Shown: positions 1 to 13,335, counted from the first letter of the stretch. The stretch: DNA of 64,000 nucleotides from Octopus sinensis (GCF_006345805.1 NC_043019.1:15437360-15501359); one strand, 5' to 3'. The notes: a model not told the origin generated them from the letters alone. Made by a program: numbers and translations.

Positions 1-133
1 ATCTGTCTCTCTGTCTGTCTCCCTCTCTCTCTCTCTATCTCTACCTGTCTATCAATCTGTCTGTATCTCTATCTAGCCGTCTCTCTCTCTCTCTCTCTTT
101 CTGTCTCCATATATCTATCTGTCTGTCTGTATG

Positions 134-184
<51 letters not shown>

Positions 185-204
185 GTTTGTCTGTCTGTCT
201 ATCC

Positions 205-255
<51 letters not shown>

Positions 256-314
256 GTGTATCTATATGTTTGTCTATCTGCTTGCCTTTTTGTCTATCTA
301 CCTACCTACCTATG

Positions 315-345
<31 letters not shown>
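1..345. repeat. (CT)n/(ATCT)n/(AT)n compound microsatellite
   Basis: Direct inspection. Confidence 0.95.
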
Positions 346-347
<2 letters not shown>

Positions 348-674
348 GACCTCCCTCACCCCTTCACCCCATCCTTTCTCCCTCCACCTACTTCCCCTGG
401 TCTGTCTTCTTCTTCCTCTTCCTTTCTCTCTCGTAGAAATGTTTTATTGTTTACACATGTTTGTATGTCCAATACACCTCATTTAAATAAATTAGTATAT
501 ATTTTAATTATTTATATAGTCCATCCAGTGTCTCTTTTAACAATACAATATCTGCTTCGTTAGCATCATCGACTCTCCACCATCCCTTGACCAGCTGTGT
601 CCTAAATTATTAGCTGACCGTTGTTACACCGTCCTACAAAGTGAATTGGTAAATAGCAATGCAAGGCATTGTTA

Positions 675-1440
675 GTATTGGTGGTGGCAGCAGGGGTGGA
701 GGTGGTGATGGTGGTGGTGGTGATGTCGGCAGTGGTAGCAGTGGTAGTGGAGTTAGTAGTGGTGATGGCAGCAGTGGTAGCGGAGGTGGTGGTGGTGATG
801 GTAGGGGTGGCAGCAGTGGTAGCGGAGGTGGTGGTGGTGATGATAGTGGTGGCAGCAGTGGTAGCAGTGGCAGCGGAGGTGTTGGTGGTTGTGGTGGTGG
901 TGGTGGTGGCAGTGGTAGCAGTGGCAATGGGGGTGGTGATGGTGGTGGTGGTGGCGGCAGTGGCAGTGGAGGTGGTGATGGTAGTGGTGGCAGCAGTGGT
1001 AGCAGTGGCAGTGGTGGTGGTGGTGGTGGTAATAAAGCTGTTAGAAAAACTTCATCAAATATATACACTACTGCTAGTTGTTGTCATTGTCATCGTTGTC
1101 ATCACCATCATCTCCGTCATTCTCTCTGTTACTATTATTACTATTACCATCATCATCATCGTCATCGTCATCACTTTCTATATCATCATTAATATTGCTA
1201 TCATCATCACTACCACCAGTATCATCATCATCATCATCATCACCTCCACCATCATTACTACCACCAGCATCATCATCATCACCACCACCACTATCATCAC
1301 TACCACCACTATTATTATCATCATCATCATCATCACCACCACCACCATCACTACCTCCACCTGTATCATCCTCATAATCATCACCACCACCACCACTACC
1401 ATCATCATCATCACCACCATCACCATCATCATCATCATCT
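675..1440. repeat. (GGT/AGT)n and (CAT/CAC)n trinucleotide low-complexity block
   Basis: Direct inspection; explains ORFs 634..1442. Confidence 0.95.
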
Positions 1441-2138
1441 AGCGTATTTCTGTCTACCTGATCACTACTACTATACTCTACACTGCTACCCTTATCCCAC
1501 CCGTCACATGCATATAAATCTATCGATCTGTTATATTACTAACAGCACTCAGTAGAATCTCTGTGACTCTTAATATACCAATATGACAGAGAAAACTTCT
1601 ATGTGGTCACTCATCTTGCTAGAAATAGCAACCAAATTATCTGTCAGGTCACACAGAGAAGGACACATGAAATACTGTATAGTCCTCGATACGCCACCCT
1701 CTGGAACAACATGATGGTCACAATCAGAATGTCTTTTCTCATTGATCTGCTCAGTCAGGACTGACCTGGGGTTAAACATCAACATCAACAGCAGCAACAA
1801 CAACAACTACACCGGCATTCATTGAGACCCTCAGGTGTTCTCAGACCCCGCACTGCAGATTTCCTCTGCAAAATCAGGATAACTGTCGCCCCCGTTTGAG
1901 AAATGAGCCCCACAAGGTGGGCTGGTTGCTGCAGCGAGTGTCGCTGGTCATTCTAAGCTGCAATGCCTTTGCAGTCATGTCCGAGAGGCGTGGCTAAACA
2001 CACCGTTTGGTCTGGTGCTTACGACCCATTACTCCCTACCCCTATCTGCTGCTTAATTCCCCCATCCTTTTTCATTCTCTTTCATTGTTTCCTTGCTGAG
2101 GTAGTTATGGGGTGGGGGTGGGGGGTTTGATGATTTAA

Positions 2139-2360
2139 CCCTTTCGTTACCAACCCGGCTGAAACCGGCTCTGGCTCTATAGTACAAATGTCTTGTTTTC
2201 ATAAATTTTGAATGAAAATCTTCCACCAAACCTTAGTCTCAATTTATGTTCCTACCACTAGCTGAATGATGACTAAGTTATTTTGTTAAATTCTTTGTTA
2301 TATTTCAAATTAATTGAAAGAAACACAGAGCATCTCAAAATAAATACGGTAATGAAAGGG
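2139..2360. mobile_element. piggyBac-like MITE (family 1)
   Basis: TTAA at 2135-38 and 2361-64. TIRs CCCTTTCGTTACC / GGTAATGAAAGGG. Confidence 0.8.
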
Positions 2361-2689
2361 TTAATCACTTATACTTTTGATTTTTGTTTTTTTTTTGCTT
2401 TCTTTTCTTTCTGTCAAAAATGTGTTGTCAATGAAATCCCAAAATTGAGGGCGGTGGGGTGGCAATTCGTAGCAATAATCATTATTTGCTGTATTAGGTA
2501 CAAAACCAGCAGTTTTGCAGAAGGGGTTACGATAAAGCTCCAGTGCTTGAGTATGTTATTTTATTGGCCCCTGAGGAATGAAGGCATAGTTGACCATGGT
2601 AGGATTTGAACTCAGACTGTGAGGAGATGAAACTAAAAACCACAAGGCAGTTCGTGTGATGAACACCTGCCATCAGGAACCTACCATAC

Positions 2690-3080
2690 TCCAGACACCT
2701 TGCTGCCCTGGGCATGGACACATTAAAGCTCCAACGTCCGGCAAAACAATCTTGGGCACTCTTTTGAATCCCATATGTCCAACACACAGACATGCTTACA
2801 AAATCAAAAAAATGACTTTCAGTAACATTCTTTTTGGTATTTCCAATTGCAGAAGCATGGAATAAACTACTTGCATCAGTCATTAGTTGTCGGGACACTA
2901 CATCCTTCAACACTTCCATGCTTCCCGATATTCGCCAACTGTACGCTTGATGTTCCGCAATACACCTTTTTTTGTTTTCAAACGACTGTTTACTTTCTTT
3001 GCATTGTTCTGTGTACTGTACATGCACTTTTGGCTAACTTTTCTGATGAGTTGTAGTGCAACCGAGCACAGTATTATACA
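2690..3080 (+). mobile_element. CR1-like LINE 3' end
   Basis: Degenerate RT C-terminus (HAYKI...AEAWNKL..SV.SC..T.SF.TSM) followed by the family 3' UTR (GAGTTGTAGTGCA..GAGCAC). Confidence 0.7.
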
Positions 3081-3185
3081 ATATGTTCCAAGTACTGGGA
3101 TCAATGTGATCGATAGTCCCCCTTCCCACAAAAATCCTGGCTTTGTGCCTATAGAAGAAAAGATTATTATTATTATTATTATTAT

Positions 3186-3333
3186 TTGGCGTTAGGAAGG
3201 GCATCCAGCCGTAGAAACTCTGCCAGATCAGACTGGGCCTGGTGCAGCCTTCTGGCTTCCCAGACCCCAGTTGAACCGTCCAACCCATGCTAGCATGGAA
3301 AGCGGACGCTAAATGATGATGATGATGATGATG

Positions 3334-3335
<2 letters not shown>
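3186..3335 (+). mobile_element. RTE 3'-tail fragment
   Basis: TTGGCGTTAGGAAGGGCATCCAGC...CCAACCCATGCTAGCATGGAAAGCGGACG plus (GAT)n. Confidence 0.7.
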
Positions 3336-3384
<49 letters not shown>

Positions 3385-3405
3385 GTTGTTATTATTATTA
3401 TTATT

Positions 3406-3757
3406 AAGGCAGCAAGCTGGCAGAATTGTTAGCATGCTACATAGAATGCTTCTACTATAGCCTCGGGCCAACCAAAGCCTTTGAGTGGATTTGGTAGATG
3501 GAAACTGAAAGAAGCCTGATGTGTATATATATATATATGTGTGTGTATGTGTGTTCTTTGTGTGTCTGTGTTTGTCTCCCCAGCATCGCTTGACAACCGA
3601 TGTTGGTGTGTTTACGTCCCTGTAACTTGGCGGTTCGACAAAAGAGACCAATAGAATAAGTACTGGGCTTACAAAGGATAAGTCCTGGGGTTTATTTGTT
3701 CAACTAAAGGTGGTGCTCCAGCATAGCCACAGTCACATGACTGAAACAAGAAAAGGA
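3406..3757 (+). mobile_element. SINE family A body with a family-D-like head
   Basis: GCAAGCTGGCAGAATTGTTAGC head joined to the family A body. Confidence 0.65.
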
Positions 3758-4818
3758 AAAGTATAATAATAATAATAATAACAACAACAACAACAACTAC
3801 TACTACTACAACAACAACAACATTAAGAATAACAAGCATGTTAACAACAAATGTAACGTTAAGAATAATGACATTAACACCAACAATGACAGCAACATTA
3901 ACGAGCTCCCCAGTCATTAATAAGGTATGAAGTGTGTTAAAGAGACTGTGATAATTAACAAGGAATATTTTACCATTTTTCTGTGATTGGAATCAATAAC
4001 AGAAACATTCTCCCCTCTGGTCAACCGAAATGCTAGAAATAGCAGCCATGTCTCCTCTCCTTCCCTTAATTCACACATAATGTGGTCTTATGTTCTTTGT
4101 ATGAAGGAAGGGAAAATATGGGATGGTCACAACTAGAATGTCTTTAAGTGTATTAAACACATTTAGGGATGACATGGAAATACTATTTACTTGTTTAAGG
4201 GTTGTACTGGATGAATTGCGAAAATAACTCTAACAGTTCAAATACTAAGAAATAAGCATACTCAATTTCATTTTTACCAAATAATTTAGGAAAATGAACG
4301 GGTTATTTCTCTTGGCTATATATATACGAATCCCTTCCAGGGGTGATTGGGTTATTCCCCTTGATTTTTAAAATGAAATCTATCAGGTATATATATGTAT
4401 ATGCACACACATAGATACATATTTATATATATGCATGTGTATGTGTGTGTGCGTGTATATATATGCATATGACAGGCTTCCACATAGTTTCCATCTAACA
4501 AATTCACTCACAAGGCTTCCTTTGGCTTGGGGCTATTGTAGAAGTCACCTGTCCAAGGTGCTGCACTGTGGGACTGAACCTATTATTGATGTTTTTCAAC
4601 AATCTGAGTATGTATTGAGGTTTCCAGACATGAGTTCTACTCATGTGTCAAGTTTCATCAAAATCGATTAAACGGTGTAGGAGAAGTTAGCTAACAACTC
4701 CACAAACACACCCACAGACAGAATTTTCCACAAATGCTGCAGATATATATTTTGTGAAATTTGATTTAGTATTTCTAAATTGAATTTTTCCCTGTAAGTC
4801 TGGAATAATATTCCCTCA

Positions 4819-4869
<51 letters not shown>

Positions 4870-5364
4870 CATTATATATATATATATACACACACATACA
4901 TATTCAATATATATGTATATTCAGTCCTCTGCTTTTGACTCTATCTTTATATATTTTAAAATCTATCCAAAGACATCTATTATAGATAATCTGCGGTTAT
5001 CTCTATTTCCAGCTCTTTAAGTTTTCATACTTTCTCCATGCATTAATCATCCATTGGATTTTGCCATTCATTTAAGACACATGTCTCTTTCCTGGTCGTC
5101 TTTGATAATAACAGTGGAATGATTTTTCTTAATATCCCCATTTGTATGTATTGACATGTCCCACAATATAGTAATTTCATTATTCTCTGAAATCCTTTCT
5201 GATACATATTCATATCGTTTCTTTCTCTGACCATTCCATAAAGCTGACAGTTTCCATTCTATAGAAGCTTCCAGTTCTGTTGTGATTCTCTTGGTTTAGA
5301 CTGGACTGGCACAAAACAATCTGATTGGCTGTTGCTTTGTTTGATTAGTTTTGTCTTCCTCGTC

Positions 5365-5755
5365 TTTTATTTCTCACTTGTTTCAGGCATTAGACTCTGG
5401 CCATGCTGGGGCACTGCCTTGAAAAATTTTAATCAAACAAATCGACACCAGAACATATTTTTTTGTTTAAACCTGGTTCATATTCTATCAAATCCCCTTT
5501 GCTGAACTACTAAGTTATAGGTGTGTAAATATACCAATACTGGTTGTCTAGTGGTAGTGGGAGTCACACACACACACACACACACACACATGCACACACA
5601 CATTACAATGGGCTTCATTCAGTTTTCGTCTACCAAATCCATTCACAAGACTTTAGTCAGCCCAGAGCTTTAGTAGAAGACATCTGCCCAAGGTTTCACG
5701 TGGGACTGAACCCAGAACTATGTGGTTGGGAAGCAAACTCCTTACCACATGGCCA
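5365..5755 (-). mobile_element. SINE family A
   Basis: Reverse complement of the family. Confidence 0.75.
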
Positions 5756-5904
5756 TATCATGTTTCTTTAAATTTTAAGTTCAGAGTTCAAATCTTGCCA
5801 AAATCAACTTCTCTATTCATTCTTTTGGGATCTCTAAAACGAATACCTGTCATATACTGGGGATGATTTGACCCACTATATCCTTGCTTCTCACTATCTC
5901 TTCT

Positions 5905-6182
5905 GTCCACCCTATAACTGACCATCACAATTTCTCTGCTGTCCACTGTCCAGTCTATAACTAACCTTTACTGTCCACTGTATAACTGATCATCTAAATC
6001 TCTCTTCCGTCCACCCTATTACTGACCATCACAATTTCTCCTCTGTCCACTGTCCAGTCTATAACTAACCATCACACCTTCTTTACTGTCCACTGTATAA
6101 CTGACCATCTCAGTCTCTCTAATGTCTACCCTGTAACTGACCATCAGAATTTCTCTGTTGTCCACCTTATAACTGACCATCA
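5905..6182 (+). repeat. ~35-bp minisatellite (CTGTCCAC..TATAACTGACCATCAC...)
   Basis: About 8 degenerate units ending at the (CT)n tract of the exon 1 acceptor. Confidence 0.85.
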
Positions 6183-6232
6183 CTCTCTCTCTCTCTCTCT
6201 CTCTCTGTTTGACAGTCTCCACTCAAGACACA

Positions 6233-6344
6233 ATGGACTACATCAGTAAATTCGATATAGAGCTTGATCGAGATATCTATTATGCCGGGGAGAAGCTAAC
6301 GGGACATATTGTTGTACAGAATATTGAAAATCTCAAGGTGCAAG
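6233..6344 (+). CDS. alpha-arrestin (arrestin domain-containing protein), coding exon 1
   Basis: Acceptor (CT)n-gtttgacAG at 6214-6215, then 17 nt of UTR and ATG at 6233. Encodes MDYISKFDIELDRDIYYAGEKLTGHIVVQNIENLKVQ, matching the arrestin-N start (YxAGExLxGxV). Donor CAAG|GTAAGA at 6345, phase 1. Confidence 0.93.
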
Positions 6345-6435
6345 GTAAGACATTACTTTCTTTCTTTCTCTCTCTGCCTGTCTCTCTCTTTGTATTACTC
6401 TTTCTCTCTCTTTTTTTTTCTCGCCATTTTCAAGC

Positions 6436-6728
6436 CTAGCCAGGCTCATGGGCCCGGATTCCCGGTTTCTGTGGCATATGTGTTCCCCCCCACCCAGCTG
6501 GACAGGACGCCAGTCTATCGCAGCGTTACTCAAGAAACAGGAAGAAAGAGTGAGAGAAAGTTGGGGCGAAAGAGTACAACAGGGGTCGCCACCACCCCCT
6601 GCTGGATCCTCGTGGAGCTTTTAGGTGTTTTCGCTCAATAAACACACACAGTGCCCGGTCTGGGAATCGAAACCGCAATCCTCCGACCGCGAGACCGCTG
6701 CCCTAACCACTGGGTCATTGCACCTCCA
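6436..6728 (-). mobile_element. tRNA-derived SINE family C
   Basis: Minus-strand head GGAGGTGCAATGACCCAGTGGTTAGGG...GGTTTCGATTCC; matches 35985..36175 and 28502..28805. Confidence 0.8.
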
Positions 6729-7917
6729 CCTTTCTCTCTCTACCTCTCTAAATATTTCTCTGACTCTCAGTCTGTTTCTCTTCTGTCTTTTGCTTTGTAT
6801 CTGCCTCTCTCTATTTATCTCTGTATCTCCTTCTTTCCTCTCTCTCTCTCTCTCCCTCTCTCTATCTGTCTATCTAACTATCTATTTACCTGTCTGTCTA
6901 TCTGTCTATCTAACTATCTATTTACCTGTCTGTCTATCTGCCTGTTCGTCTATCTACTTATCTATCTATCTATCTCCCTCACTCTCTCACACACAAATTC
7001 ATACACCCACCAACACCCACAAATCTTATATTGTCAATACCCTCAAAGTAAACCCTCAAAGATGCCAAAAGTTCTTGAACTTCACTCTCCACCTATGAAA
7101 CCCCACATGGTTGCTTGAGCTGCAAGAAATAGAAGCTAAATCTCCCTTATATCTCATGCTTCTGTCTTAATAAAAATCAATATTATCCTAACTATAACAT
7201 ATATCTATAAAAAAAACGGTGGAATGGGCATGGCTGGAAGACATTTGATCATAGATCTATTCAATCATTAATCACAGCTGAGCTGTGACTAAGCTACAAC
7301 CACATAAACGACAGCACTAAGAAACCATCTAGAAGAACCTTAATGACATCATACAAAGTGTTAGAAATAGCACCTAATTCTTTCTCAAACCCCCAACCCC
7401 ACTGTCCAGAGGTGTAGGGCCAATTTGTGGGGTGGTGGTGGTGTCGGAATTAACAAAATGCTTGCCATTTTCTATATCCTTTTTCTGTATATATGTTACA
7501 CCAAATTACTACTAATAATTAAGACATTAACGAGATTATAACCTACCAACGACGCTGTGTAAGTGGTTCAATAAAACATATACTTTATGTAATAACACAA
7601 CAAAGTGTTGCACAGCTGTACACTGTAATATATGTTCACTAATTATCGTGAAATATAATTAAAATACAATTATGAAGCAAGCAAAGTAGAAGAAAATAAA
7701 CGAGTATTTTACCAATTTAAAGTAATTAACTTACTTACGAAATGTCATCAATGACAAGAGTCATTATGATTTCCACAAATAACCAGACATGATTTAATTT
7801 TTGGGGAGCTCGAAATAGTTCTTGCGACAGATGTCATTTGTAGATATGTGGTGTCGCAATTGCCACGATGTGTGACATATGGCACAAGGTTTCTGTAGAA
7901 AGACTGCAGGTTGTTCT

Positions 7918-8285
7918 TTTCATTTCTACTTGTTTCAGTCATTAGACTGCGGTCATGCTGGGGCAGTGCTTTGAGGAATTTTTGTTGAACGAATCGAACC
8001 CAGTATTCTTTTTTTTTCCATTTCTTTTTTTTTTTGTTTTAAGTATTGTACTTCCTCTGTTGGTCTCTTTTGCCAAACTGCTATGTCATGGGGGTGTAAA
8101 CACACCAACACCGGTTGTCAAGCTGTGATGGAACACACACACACATACTCACACACACACATACACTCACACATACGTATCTTTTATCGTTTGCTTGTTT
8201 CCGTCAGTAAACTGTGGCCATGCTGGAGCACAGTCTCGAAGAATTTTAGTCAAATTAATTGATCTCAGTACTCTTCATTTTCTAT
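7918..8285 (-). mobile_element. SINE family A 3' fragments (two tandem)
   Basis: Two TTGTTTCAGTCA..ACTG..GCCATGCTG starts. Confidence 0.6.
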
Positions 8286-8639
8286 TTTAAGTCTGACTGA
8301 CAGGTAGGCAGGCAGGTAGATAGGCAGGCAGGCAGGTAGGCAGGTAAATAGATAGATATCTGTGTGTCTCTTTGTGTTTGTCCACTTCCATTGCTTGACA
8401 AATGATGTTGGTGTGTTTACATTCCTGTAACTTAGCGGTTTGGCAAAAAGAGACTGACAGAATAGGTTCTGTGAAGTATTATTATTATTCTGGGTACTAT
8501 AGACTCCAGATACACTGTGCTTGATTAAAAGTAGGGATGGTCGTGGCTGGTGAGTCTTTATAGGTTTGTGCGATCAAGACTGTTCTGGGACTAAACAACA
8601 TTGACACAAAGGTTCACCTTAGCTTAATTCGGAAAAGTA

Positions 8640-8669
8640 CACAACACATGCATGCAATTCACACACACA

Positions 8670-8722
<53 letters not shown>

Positions 8723-9450
8723 ACATATACACACAGACAAAATGTACAAGCATATACACACACAACATTTAAATACATATGTAATATATATATATATATA
8801 TATATGTGCGCACACACACACACAACATTTGAATACACATGTAATATATATTTATATACACACACGTGTGCACACATGCACACAGCATATGCACATGTAC
8901 AAATATACACAGATACACACTGTAAAATGGACAAGCATGCACATACACACACATCTACATACACACATACAATATGTACATTCTCACATGCACACAAAAT
9001 ACACACACATACTCATGCAACACACACGCACACACAAACCAATCACACACATACAATATCTACATACACATATACAATATGTACATTCACATGTACACGC
9101 AAAACACACACACTAACACACATACACATATATATGCAATATATACACACATACTCATACAACACACAAACTATGCACACACACAGTATCTACATACACA
9201 CATACAATATGTACATGCACACAAAACACACACAAGCACATGCACACACACATATGTACACAATATATACACACACACAAACACACATGCACCCACACAC
9301 ACTTATACAACACACACTTATACAACACACACACACACAATATCTACATACACACATACAATATGTACATTCACACACACAAACACACATGCACACTCAT
9401 ACAACACACACACACACTCATACAACACACACACACACACACACACACAC
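8640..9450. repeat. (CA)n-rich array with a recurring higher-order unit ACAATATCTACATACACACATACAATATGTACATTC
   Basis: Unit recurs at ~8955, 9053, 9187 and 9338. Confidence 0.9.
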
Positions 9451-9754
9451 CAAATGCTATGTCAACACCAAAAGTATCAGGCATTCTGTGACTATTTTAT
9501 CTAAAGTTCTTCACATATTTGGCAAGTCTTTTAAGTTGGCGCCATTCTTCTGACTTGGCACCGTTATTCTGTTTCTCTGTAGGGGTGGGACAGGGTGGAG
9601 TATATTTTTATTCTTCAACAATTATTTTCAATATCTGATGCCAATGGTGGAGAGATTGAAGTGCCGTTTCACATCTTCTCCCTCCTCCCCCATCTCCTCC
9701 ACCTCCTGCTGTTGCTCACCTGCTTCTTGTGCTTTTACTGTTTACACATATGTA

Positions 9755-9945
9755 GCGTGTGTGTATATATGTATGTGTGTGTGTGTGTGTGCATGTGTGT
9801 GTGTGTATATATATATACATATATATATATACATACATACATATATGCATATCTATAGATATATAGATATATATATACACACACATGCACACACATATAT
9901 GTATGTATGCTTGTATATATGTATATGTGTATGTCCATGTGTGCG

Positions 9946-9992
<47 letters not shown>

Positions 9993-10061
9993 ATATGTAT
10001 ATAGATGTATGTATATATATATATATATGTGTATATATATATATATATAATATATAATATT

Positions 10062-10092
<31 letters not shown>

Positions 10093-10163
10093 CATATACA
10101 TATATATACATATACATATACATATATATATATATTTATATATAATACATATACATTATATAT

Positions 10164-10200
<37 letters not shown>

Positions 10201-10222
10201 TCATGTATGTATATATATATAA

Positions 10223-10266
<44 letters not shown>

Positions 10267-10310
10267 ATATAATATGATATATATAGGTAGATAGACAGAC
10301 AGATAGAGAT
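9755..10310. repeat. (AT)n/(GT)n compound microsatellite
   Basis: Direct inspection. Confidence 0.95.
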
Positions 10311-10512
10311 ATGCATAAGTTTGGATAAACTCATGAACCTCAGCAGTCCTAATTTAATTCATCTAAACAAAATATCATATTTAATCACTGGGAGTGCATT
10401 GCATCTCAACAAGTAACTGGTGCTATGACTTTATACTAAAGAGAATTAAACTGATGAAAAGAACAGGCCTCATATATTCCACCTGGAGAAACTTGAGATC
10501 ATTAACAACAAG

Positions 10513-10750
10513 CCAGTGGAGGTGCATGGCTTATTGGTTAGGCTGTTGGATGCATGACTGTTAGATTGCAGTTTCTATTCTTGGATCGGGTGATACATTA
10601 TGTTCTTGAGCAAAACACTTCACTTCACATTGCTCTAGTCCACTCACCTCGCAAAAATGGGTAATCTAGAGAGGGACTGGCATCCTGTCCAGGTGGAGGA
10701 ATTCATACACCATGAAAACCTTTATGAGTCAGTATGAGTCGAGAAGGTAA
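10513..10750 (+). mobile_element. SINE (family C-related)
   Basis: GGAGGTGCATGGCTTATTGGTTAGG head; TCCAGTCCACTCA..TGGCAAAAATG core. Confidence 0.6.
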
Positions 10751-10789
10751 CCTTTACCTTTTTTTATTAACAACAAGTTACCATTATTT

Positions 10790-11210
10790 ACATTATTTAC
10801 ATCTTATGGATATTGTCCTCATCTTGTTTGTTGTTTGCACAACGTTTCGGCTGATATACCCTCCAGTCATGTGGGAAAAATCTAGATTTACCATGTGGGA
10901 AAAATCTAGATTTTTCAGTGACTGTTTATCTGATTAGTCACTAGTGAACTAAAAGCCCTCACATGTTAGTTACACCAAGCAACTTGCAAAATAAAGACCC
11001 CCCTCCCTACCTAATAGGGTGGGAGATAAGTATTGAGGGAGGTGGCTTTTGTGCCATTTCGTGAGAAGTTAAAAGAATAATAGAAGGATAGAGATAAGTC
11101 TTGTTGTAGAAGATATACAAGGGTACCCCCATTTGGAGAAGAAGGGAATATTGAAGTTTTTTTTTGAGCTCTAGGGTTCATTAAAGTTGGTTAGCTGGTT
11201 TCTGTAGTGT
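10790..11210. mobile_element. probable Penelope-like remnant
   Basis: Minus strand carries CTG..CAGCC-GAAACGTT, the 3' half of a minimal hammerhead. The adjacent complex sequence is not resolved. Confidence 0.35.
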
Positions 11211-11221
11211 ATAAAGTGACA

Positions 11222-11255
<34 letters not shown>

Positions 11256-11764
11256 TTGCAAAGGTATAAACTGCAAAAATATTTACACACTACAATCTTT
11301 CCCAAAAATCTGTGTCAAGAAAATCTTGCTTCATGTGTGTGTGTAGTTGCATGTGTGTGTATGTGTTTGTGTCATTGTGTTTGCGTATGTGTGTTTGCGT
11401 GTGTGTGTGTTTGCGTGTGTGTGTGTGTATGTATGTATGTGCTTGTGTGAGTATGTTTGTGTGGTGTGTGTGTGTATACTATATATAAAAGTATTTAGTG
11501 CTTTTAGACATTTGACCATTGTGGTTAAACAGAATGCAATAGAATGTTCCGCTGAAGATCCAGTGGCATCCAAGTGCAATTACAACATCCAGTGCTGAGT
11601 TCCAAATAACTGCAATGGTTAAACGTACAAAGGTGCTAAATATTTTCTGCAAGCTAACTGGATAATGGTTATCTGCATGGATCTCTAACTCACATAGTAG
11701 CAGTCACACACCTAACTGTACACTCAAGATAAGTGGGTGTGTGTGCGTACATGTCTATAATCAT

Positions 11765-12115
11765 TGTCATCGTCATCATCATGTTCGTCATCAAACGTCC
11801 ATTGTCCATGCAGGCATGGGTTGGACAGTTTGACCAAAGCTGGTACGGCTGGGAAGCTGCACCAGACTCCTGTCTGATTTGGTATGGTTTTCTACAGCTG
11901 GATGCTCTTCCTAATGCCAACCATTTTACAGAATGTGTTGGCTGCTTTTACTTGGCACCACATGGGTACTGATATGTGAAGCTGCACTGCTGCTTTTACA
12001 TGGTGCTGCATGGGTGCTTTTATGTGGCACTGCATGGCTCTTTCACATGACACCACACAGGCACTTTTACATGAAACTGCCATGAATGCTTTTCACCACC
12101 AGAGGTACCGGTTCC
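11765..12115 (-). mobile_element. RTE 3'-tail fragment
   Basis: Reverse complement of the same tail family. Confidence 0.7.
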
Positions 12116-12228
12116 AACCCTTCAGTCCCTCTGGTGGTATGTATGTGTATGTATGTGTTTATATATATATATATATATATGATATATCAGACAGCTGTAC
12201 ACAATTAGTCTAACCTCACATAATGATA

Positions 12229-12588
12229 ATAATAACAAGAACACTCAGAGAGCACAAACCTCCGCCAAAGCAACACCAACATCCTCTCAACAATTATACA
12301 GAAATGATTCTTTAAAATGAGAATATCTGAAATAAACTGGACTGTTCTCACAAATGAAAATACTAAAAGTGAACCCAACCACTCTCAAAAATTTAGTAAT
12401 AAAAAAAACAGAAAAATAATCCAAAATCCTTGTCTGGTACCAGATTGATCAGTTCATGCCAGTCATGAGGCCAAACATCCCTGAAAGTTTCATCTGAATC
12501 CATCCAACGATTCTTGAGATATCTTGTCTATGGACAAACAAACTAACACGACTGAAGACAATACCTCGGCTTTTGCTAAGGCAGAGGT
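12229..12588 (+). mobile_element. non-autonomous element with a 5' subterminal motif and 3' stem-loop (HINE-like architecture)
   Basis: 5' ACCTCCGCC (12258-66); 3' hairpin ACCTCGGC-TTTTGCTAA-GGCAGAGGT, then (TAA)n. A second copy at 15446..15630 has a perfect CTCCACCTT-CGCT-AAGGTGGAG hairpin. Confidence 0.5.
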
Positions 12589-13335
12589 AATAATAATAAT
12601 AATAATAATAGTAATAACTGACTTGAAGTATTCAGAATTTCAAGTACATCCAACACTCAGTCATGCATGCAATGACAAACAACGGCAGACAGCTGGTACA
12701 AGCGCTCACCTATTCAGAGTGTAATAGTAATAGCTTTATCGGTTAATAAATTAGTGCTTTCCATAACACACTGACATTTCTCCGCAGACTCAAGAGACGT
12801 TTTAATTACCAAAGCGAATCAATGTATAATTAGATTAAGGCAGCACAGCAACAGTAGCTATACACAAATATTCATATATCCATTGTAGGTGTGTACATAA
12901 GGTCTTGCACTTCGAGGGGGAAAAAAGGGGTATTATCAAATAAGTCGAACACCCACCTGACCACCACCACCACCACCCCAGTTTAGGATTGGTGAATGGT
13001 ACATTATTTTAGAAGTCCCTTTCTCTTTTTCCTGCTCTCAGAAGGGTGGATAGCAAAGTTGACATCTGCAATATTTTTGAACTTGTAACTTGTGTGTGTG
13101 TATAGGTATTTTGCTTATGAAGATATCAAGAAATATGTATATATCTATGTGTGTGTGCCCAAAACATCTATTATAATTTTGTTTGCATTTAGGCTACTTA
13201 ATATATATGCACACACTCACACACACACACATATATATATATTGATAGATAGATAGATATAGATATAATCTATGTATGTATGTGTATGTATACATATGTA
13301 TATAAGTATGAATATATGCATGTGGTTATGTGTAC

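Noticed and set aside
131-1442. Long ORFs rich in Gly/Ser, Pro/Leu, Val/Ile or Met
   Set aside because: They are translations of (ATCT)n, (GGT)n and (CAT)n simple repeats, open in several frames, with no splice or codon evidence.
4960-5330. Possible GIY-YIG/Penelope ORF remnant on the - strand
   Set aside because: Only a vague YC..C.YI similarity, too degenerate to support a call without a database search.
5905-6182. Regularly spaced repeats resembling a CRISPR array (also 23300..23570 and 19190..19420)
   Set aside because: Eukaryotic intronic context, degenerate units, no unique spacers and no cas genes.
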